Positions 58,834 to 64,000 of a stretch of DNA of 64,000 bases are shown here, in pieces. Position 1 is the first letter of the stretch, and every line of letters begins with the position of its first letter. Source of the DNA: a candidate division WOR-3 bacterium (GTDB taxonomy: Bacteria > Hydrothermota > Hydrothermia > LBFQ01). A model generated the notes under the pieces. The model did no database searches. It had not been told where the DNA came from and saw only the letters and a program-made list of their open reading frames with translations. Both the position numbers and the translations under genes were made by a program. The stretch lies in NCBI GenBank assembly GCA_039802605.1, contig JBDRWW010000004.1:1-64000 (forward strand), read 5' to 3'.

Positions 58834-61800
58834 ATGAGTTGGCAAAACACCATTCAATGGCTTAAAGACAAAACCGTTAAAATGGATATAAAAGATAATG
58901 ATGAGATTTTAGAACTTTTATCCAAATGTTTGAATTCGCAGGGCCAAAATCAAAATATCGTCGTTCCTGTCCTTACCCAAAAAAACGGGATCTTGGCATA
59001 TAGGTTTGAAGAAATAAAAACAAATGATGACTATATTTTTTATACAGATGAAGATTTGAATAGCTTAGGCTTGGATGAAAATGTATTATTACAAAGTTTA
59101 AACAACACTAAACTCGTATGGGCTGGAAAGGATAACCAAAGCAAAAACTGGAAAAGTTTGCTTGATAATCAAAAAGATATAAATTCCCTTGTTCAACCGA
59201 GTAAAAACCACTTAGATAGCAACTTACCCAATGATGTTTTAAACAATAACAATATAAACAATATATACATTTACGATGGCCGGATATACTTAAACATCAA
59301 AGGTGTTGATATACCTTCAAATAAAAACCATATACCTCTAAATGGAAATAATTTATACAAAAACGATAACGAGTTTAAAGATATATGGGATTATATTGGA
59401 CAAAATCTATATCCAGACTTCTCTCCGGATGATTCCAGCATTAATAGCAGCCTTGATGCCGAGGTGGTTAAAGAGTATATGAAACAGAAGAAAAAGGACA
59501 TTATTATCTTCAATGGCAGTATAAAAATAAAGGATAAGAACGGCAAGATTTACACGATTTCAAAAGACGAAGTAGTATTTGGAAATGCAGTATATTATAA
59601 GGATTTATTAACTTGTAAAACTAAAAATAACATAACTTATAATGACCCAATAACATTTGCCATTCAAAACAACATTTTCACACCAAATGTTATTATTCAA
59701 GGATTTAATAAAAATAACGCGTCTGCCTTCTTACAGCAATTACAAAAACATAAGGTTGAAGTCCTGAAAGTCATAGAAGGGAAAGTTGAAAATCTTTCCC
59801 ACAACAAACTTTCCATCGAATTAACCGTTGAATGGCTTTTCTGGGCTACAATATGGGAATATTTGGAAACATATATAACTCCACGAAAACTAAAAATTAC
59901 ATCAAACTATATATATTATGAAAACCAAAACAAAATCGTTATACCTATGGATTATAAGGTTGGTATTGAAGAAATTGAGATTAAATACTTAGAATTATAC
60001 TTACTCGGAAATGTTAAACTTTATTCCGCTAATCAGGGAATTGATAACTTGGGTTGGAATAATGACGGTTTGGCTTTACAAATACAACCAAATTGGACGG
60101 GGGGAGATATACCGGATAAACTAAATTGTGGTGGTGCAAGCTATGATTTGGCGATTAACAATAAGGGCGAAATAGTTGTAAAAAACAATCCTCAACTTTC
60201 TGGAATAGGAACAATTAACGGGGTTCAAGTTAAAGTAAATAACGGAAAAGTTGAAATGCATAATAACAAACCGATACCCTTAAAAATCTTTGCAAAAATT
60301 GAATACAATGCAAGCCAGATTTTTAGGGATATAGTGGTTAATTACTTTTCGGGGATAATAAACACATCCGTTTGGCAAAGTAAAATTTCCGAGGAAATCG
60401 CTAAAATTATAAATCAAGCTCCCAACAACGGAAACCAAAGCAACCCACCATTCGTTTGGGGACCACCGGCAACCGGAAAAACCACATATTTGGCAAATAG
60501 AATAATTGATTACCTTAATAATGGTAAAAAGGTAATAGCCCTTACACCCACAAATAAGGCGGCGGATGTGTTAATAGAAAGAATTTTAAGTGAAAACCCG
60601 TCCGCAAATGCTTATAGGTTCCCAAACACAAGATCCAATAATCCAAATGTACATCAAAAAATTCTAAGACGGGATGGTAGCCCCCCATCCCCTCCGTACG
60701 CAATCATAACCACAATCCACAGGTTTATATTTGACAGTATCCAAAATCAGAAACTGGAATCCTTGGATTGGGATGTTGTTATTATTGATGAGGCTTCAAT
60801 GGTTGAATTGCCTTTTGTGTTTTATGTAATTCATAGTTATATAAATAGTTATATAAATAAAAAAGTTGAGTTAATCATAGCGGGGGATCCGGAGCAGTTA
60901 ACCCCCGTGGGTAAAACACCCGGAGAAAAGCGAAACATTAAGGGTTATTCAACGGAAAACATCTATACGGTTTTGGATTTGACTTTTAATAATGTTAATA
61001 TTAATCGTAATAATACACGGGTTAATGTCGGGGTAAAGAGTTTTCAGGTCATACCCTACACACACAAAATAAACAACCAAAACATAAATGTAATAATTTT
61101 AACAGAACAACACAGAAGTGTCCAGGAAATAGGTGAGGTATATAGCCGCTATCGTTATGGAGGGAAATTAACCCATACAAGGGGGTCTTCAAGTGGAAAG
61201 ATAACCATAAACTTTTACAATAACCAAATTACAATATCGCCCATAACGGTAATAGAGTTTGACATTAGTTCCTCGTCCGGAATACCCACAAGTCCCAACG
61301 ATATTGGAAAACTGGAATATTCATCTTATCATCTGTTTTCGGCAGTTTTGGCCGTTGAGTTGGCAAAAGAACTGGAAAATCAATTGAGAGATTACAACAT
61401 AGGTATAATTTCTCCTTATGGAGCTCAGGTAAAGATTATGAGACAATTGGCTGGGCCTTATAGCTTGAGTTTAACGAGAACAACCGTTGATACCGTTCAC
61501 GGTTTTCAAGGAGATGAGAGGGATATTATAATATTAGTAATGAACCCACCTTCTCAAAAACCCGGCCCACACTCACACTTCAACAATCACAGAATAGTGA
61601 ATGTTGGAATAAGCCGTGCGAAGGATTTCTTAATAATATTAAAACCGGCAATTATAACCAATTCCGAAATTGATAATGCTTTAAGCCATGCTCGAAGCCT
61701 TCCAAAAATTAACAGTAATATAGTGAATCAAATAAATAACAAAATAGAAATCTTCAGCCACCTTGAAGTTAATTTATATTCTCAAAGTTTGCTATCTTCC

Positions 61801-61860
61801 ATGACCAAAAATTATATATTCTTCATAGATTGGGATGTGCTGGATATTTTGGTTAAATAG
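58834..61860 (+). CDS. Superfamily 1 (Upf1/DNA2/NAM7-like) helicase with a long unknown N-terminal region
   Basis: GPPATGKT, LTPTNKAADVL, IIDEASM, AGDPEQL, TEQHRS, IISPYGAQ, TVHGFQGDERD, NVGISRAK; SD AAGGAGGT. Confidence 0.88.
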   Translation: MSWQNTIQWLKDKTVKMDIKDNDEILELLSKCLNSQGQNQNIVVPVLTQKNGILAYRFEEIKTNDDYIFYTDEDLNSLGLDENVLLQSLNNTKLVWAGKDNQSKNWKSLLDNQKDINSLVQPSKNHLDSNLPNDVLNNNNINNIYIYDGRIYLNIKGVDIPSNKNHIPLNGNNLYKNDNEFKDIWDYIGQNLYPDFSPDDSSINSSLDAEVVKEYMKQKKKDIIIFNGSIKIKDKNGKIYTISKDEVVFGNAVYYKDLLTCKTKNNITYNDPITFAIQNNIFTPNVIIQGFNKNNASAFLQQLQKHKVEVLKVIEGKVENLSHNKLSIELTVEWLFWATIWEYLETYITPRKLKITSNYIYYENQNKIVIPMDYKVGIEEIEIKYLELYLLGNVKLYSANQGIDNLGWNNDGLALQIQPNWTGGDIPDKLNCGGASYDLAINNKGEIVVKNNPQLSGIGTINGVQVKVNNGKVEMHNNKPIPLKIFAKIEYNASQIFRDIVVNYFSGIINTSVWQSKISEEIAKIINQAPNNGNQSNPPFVWGPPATGKTTYLANRIIDYLNNGKKVIALTPTNKAADVLIERILSENPSANAYRFPNTRSNNPNVHQKILRRDGSPPSPPYAIITTIHRFIFDSIQNQKLESLDWDVVIIDEASMVELPFVFYVIHSYINSYINKKVELIIAGDPEQLTPVGKTPGEKRNIKGYSTENIYTVLDLTFNNVNINRNNTRVNVGVKSFQVIPYTHKINNQNINVIILTEQHRSVQEIGEVYSRYRYGGKLTHTRGSSSGKITINFYNNQITISPITVIEFDISSSSGIPTSPNDIGKLEYSSYHLFSAVLAVELAKELENQLRDYNIGIISPYGAQVKIMRQLAGPYSLSLTRTTVDTVHGFQGDERDIIILVMNPPSQKPGPHSHFNNHRIVNVGISRAKDFLIILKPAIITNSEIDNALSHARSLPKINSNIVNQINNKIEIFSHLEVNLYSQSLLSSMTKNYIFFIDWDVLDILVK

Positions 61861-62400
61861 CATTGCTTTCCTTATAGCGCTAAAGACTATTTCACCCCCA
61901 TCGCTTTTCCTTAGTAAGAGTATTCACCGCAAAAGATTTTTAATTCCTCGCTGAGGCTAACGAATACCTTTTGGTTTGCCACCTTTTCCCAAGGAAAAAC
62001 ATCATCAAAAACCCCTTAGAAGTCCCTTACCCATTGGAGCGCATTATCCAACAAAAAGAAAAGCGGGATAATAATCCCCTTTGTCTATTACCTTCTTTAA
62101 GTGGGCATAGGCTAATATCCTCCTGAAAAATATTTCAAGGGTATAGAGGGTAAAGGAATCGTGAGGATTACCCACACTTGTGGGTATCAACAGTTTTTGT
62201 TCGGGTATCCCCGTATAAAGTGATGTGATATATTTCCGTTTTGCCCGGAATACCAAAGGTATATATCCTTTAAATGCTTTAACACTTTGGGATTTTTTTA
62301 GAAGTTGTTTAAAAGGGTTTTGGCTTTGGAAGATTCATTCATATAAAAATTAAGGCATATTACAGCTATATCCTTTAAGCAGTTTGTCCATGCTCTTGGG
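61861..62400 (-). pseudogene. Possible decayed gene remnant at the right edge of the island
   Basis: Protein-like minus-strand fragments (62044-62256 plus DNALQWVRDF*...FDDVFPWEKV) broken by stops and frame changes. Confidence 0.3.
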
Positions 62401-62455
62401 TACCGTAGGGTTGGAATTATAAATCGGAAAACCCCTCAACTTTATAATACCCAGT

Positions 62456-63247
62456 ATGCTTTTAAACATTTCCGAATATGAAGAGGTTTTAAACTTTTAT
62501 GAGGAAATAAACAAAAAGGAGATTCAGCCAAAAAGGCTTGAAATTGACAGGGATAGGGATTTGTTCCAACAAACCATAACAAAACTTTCCGAATTAGGGG
62601 TATTAGACCAAGAAAACAACGAATTCCCATTACAGGTTAGGCTTTTGGCAATAATAACCCTTGCAAAGGGAGAACCTTCAATATCCCAATATGTTGGAAA
62701 GACTTGGGCTTTGGGGGATTTGGGGCTTGCAAGGTCGGAAAGTTTGGTTCAGTTTCCAAACGAGAGGGTTTATTATAACGGTAAAATAGCGGAGTTTGAG
62801 GGGGAAGGGGTTGAGGTTTTGGGGCTTAGGGCGTGTGGTTGGGCAAAGGGAAAGTTAAAGATTTTGGAAGATTATCCATTTGAAGTGCAACAAACCCTAC
62901 TCTTTTATGATATAGCCACATTAACCGGCATATCCTTGGCGGCTATGGAAGAGGCGGAGAATTACGCTAAGGAGAGGGTGGCCTTTGGAAAACCAATATA
63001 TGAATTTGAAGAGGTGAGGGGTTTCATAGAAAGGGGTAAATCCTTTGCGGAAGCTTTGAAAACCGCTCTCCTTTTAACGGATAACCCGGAAAAATTACTT
63101 AACTTGGCCATTGAAACCGCATACTTTTGCACGGATAAAGCATTACAGATATTCGGGGGGTACGGCTTCATAAACGAGTATCCCGTTCAAAAGTTTTTAA
63201 GGGATGCGAGGATGTTGAGGAGTTTGCTCATAAGAATGGTTCAATGA
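62456..63247 (+). CDS. Short acyl-CoA dehydrogenase family protein
   Basis: GLRACG, YAKERVAFGKPI, ALQIFGGYGFINEYPVQKFLRDAR. Confidence 0.8.
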   Translation: MLLNISEYEEVLNFYEEINKKEIQPKRLEIDRDRDLFQQTITKLSELGVLDQENNEFPLQVRLLAIITLAKGEPSISQYVGKTWALGDLGLARSESLVQFPNERVYYNGKIAEFEGEGVEVLGLRACGWAKGKLKILEDYPFEVQQTLLFYDIATLTGISLAAMEEAENYAKERVAFGKPIYEFEEVRGFIERGKSFAEALKTALLLTDNPEKLLNLAIETAYFCTDKALQIFGGYGFINEYPVQKFLRDARMLRSLLIRMVQ

Positions 63248-63248
63248 G

Positions 63249-64000
63249 ATGAGGTTAAGGTTTGAAGAGGAGTATATAGAGGCGTTTTTTACCGGTTTAA
63301 CCCTTTTGTTCTTTCTGATTTCTTTGAAATACGAAATCGCTTGGATAGGTGCCTATATATTCGGTAGCATATTTACACTGAAATCAACCGTTGAATCTTT
63401 AAGGGAAAAAAGGGTTGATGTTGATCTTCTGATGCTCTTGGGTGCATACGGTGCGGCATACATAGGAAAGTTTCACGAAGGAGCATTCCTTTTATTACTC
63501 TTTAATCTCGGAAATACATTTGAAAAATTTGCATTTAAAATAAGCAAGGATTCTCTAAAAGATTTGTTGTCTTTAAGACCGGAGAGGGCATTAGTGTTAA
63601 AAAACGATCAATGGGAAGAGGTTTCAGTTGAAGAAATAGAGGCGGGTGATATGGTTCTCGTTAGGGCCGGGGAAAGGGTTCCGGTTGATGCGGAAATAGT
63701 TGAAGGAAAGGCATCCGTTGACCTGTCCCTTATAACCGGGGAATATATACCGGAGTTTAAGAAGGAGGGTGATAGGGTTGTTTCCGGTGCCTTGGTAATA
63801 GATGGGTCGTTAAAACTTAGGGCATTGGGAGGTATTAGGGAAAGTACCCTTGAAAAGATAATAAATCTCGTTATGGAAGCCCAGGATTTAAGGAGCAAAA
63901 CGCAAACATTGGCGGAATGGATAGGACAGAAATACACATTGGCCGTTTTATTAACATTACCATTGGTTTATGGATTGTTTTACCTGATTTTAAAAGATCA
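63249..64000 (+). CDS. Heavy-metal-translocating P1B-type ATPase (3' truncated by the window)
   Basis: Own translation: MRLRFEEE...VDVDLLMLLGA...EGAFLLLLF...GDMVLVRAGERVPVDA...SLITGE actuator motif; no N-terminal metal-binding domain. Confidence 0.88.
   Translation, partial: MRLRFEEEYIEAFFTGLTLLFFLISLKYEIAWIGAYIFGSIFTLKSTVESLREKRVDVDLLMLLGAYGAAYIGKFHEGAFLLLLFNLGNTFEKFAFKISKDSLKDLLSLRPERALVLKNDQWEEVSVEEIEAGDMVLVRAGERVPVDAEIVEGKASVDLSLITGEYIPEFKKEGDRVVSGALVIDGSLKLRALGGIRESTLEKIINLVMEAQDLRSKTQTLAEWIGQKYTLAVLLTLPLVYGLFYLILKD

Noticed and set aside
58820..58840. Frameshift splitting a single ATPase-helicase gene
   Set aside because: The second ORF has a perfect SD (AAGGAGGT) 5 nt before its ATG, favouring two real genes; fused homologues elsewhere remain possible.
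57400..59400. AAC-rich tracts as a diversity-generating retroelement template
   Set aside because: No reverse transcriptase and no template/variable repeat pair differing at adenines was seen.
1..64000. CRISPR array, prophage, IS element or integrase at the tRNAs
   Set aside because: No regularly spaced repeats, phage genes, transposases or tRNA 3' duplications were found by eye.

Overview
Compact, AT-rich bacterial chromosome segment. Type IX secretion genes (SprA and C-terminal sorting-domain cargo), BamA/TamA, an archaeal-type SAM synthetase and K/E/R-rich proteins suggest a thermophilic diderm near the FCB group, for example WOR-3/Hydrothermae; this is inference. Most of the window is housekeeping and envelope genes plus two tRNAs (Cys-GCA, Leu-TAA). 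Main observations: (1) an approximately 7 kb compositionally distinct island (54982-61860) encoding a sacsin-like GHKL ATPase and a Upf1/DNA2-type SF1 helicase, a candidate conflict or defence module; (2) over 20 first-in-unit genes have a TAnAAT -10 box only 6-10 nt before the start codon and no Shine-Dalgarno, indicating leaderless or near-leaderless expression; (3) both CCA-less tRNA genes are followed by exactly one base and then a TTG start codon, suggesting tRNA 3' processing creates the mRNA 5' end; (4) many exported proteins begin with only about 6-10 hydrophobic residues instead of a normal signal peptide; (5) a FIST-MglB-MglA-PAS histidine kinase signalling operon; (6) an unannotated rod-like structured RNA candidate between proS and hppA. 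No CRISPR array, rRNA, integrase or transposase was seen.
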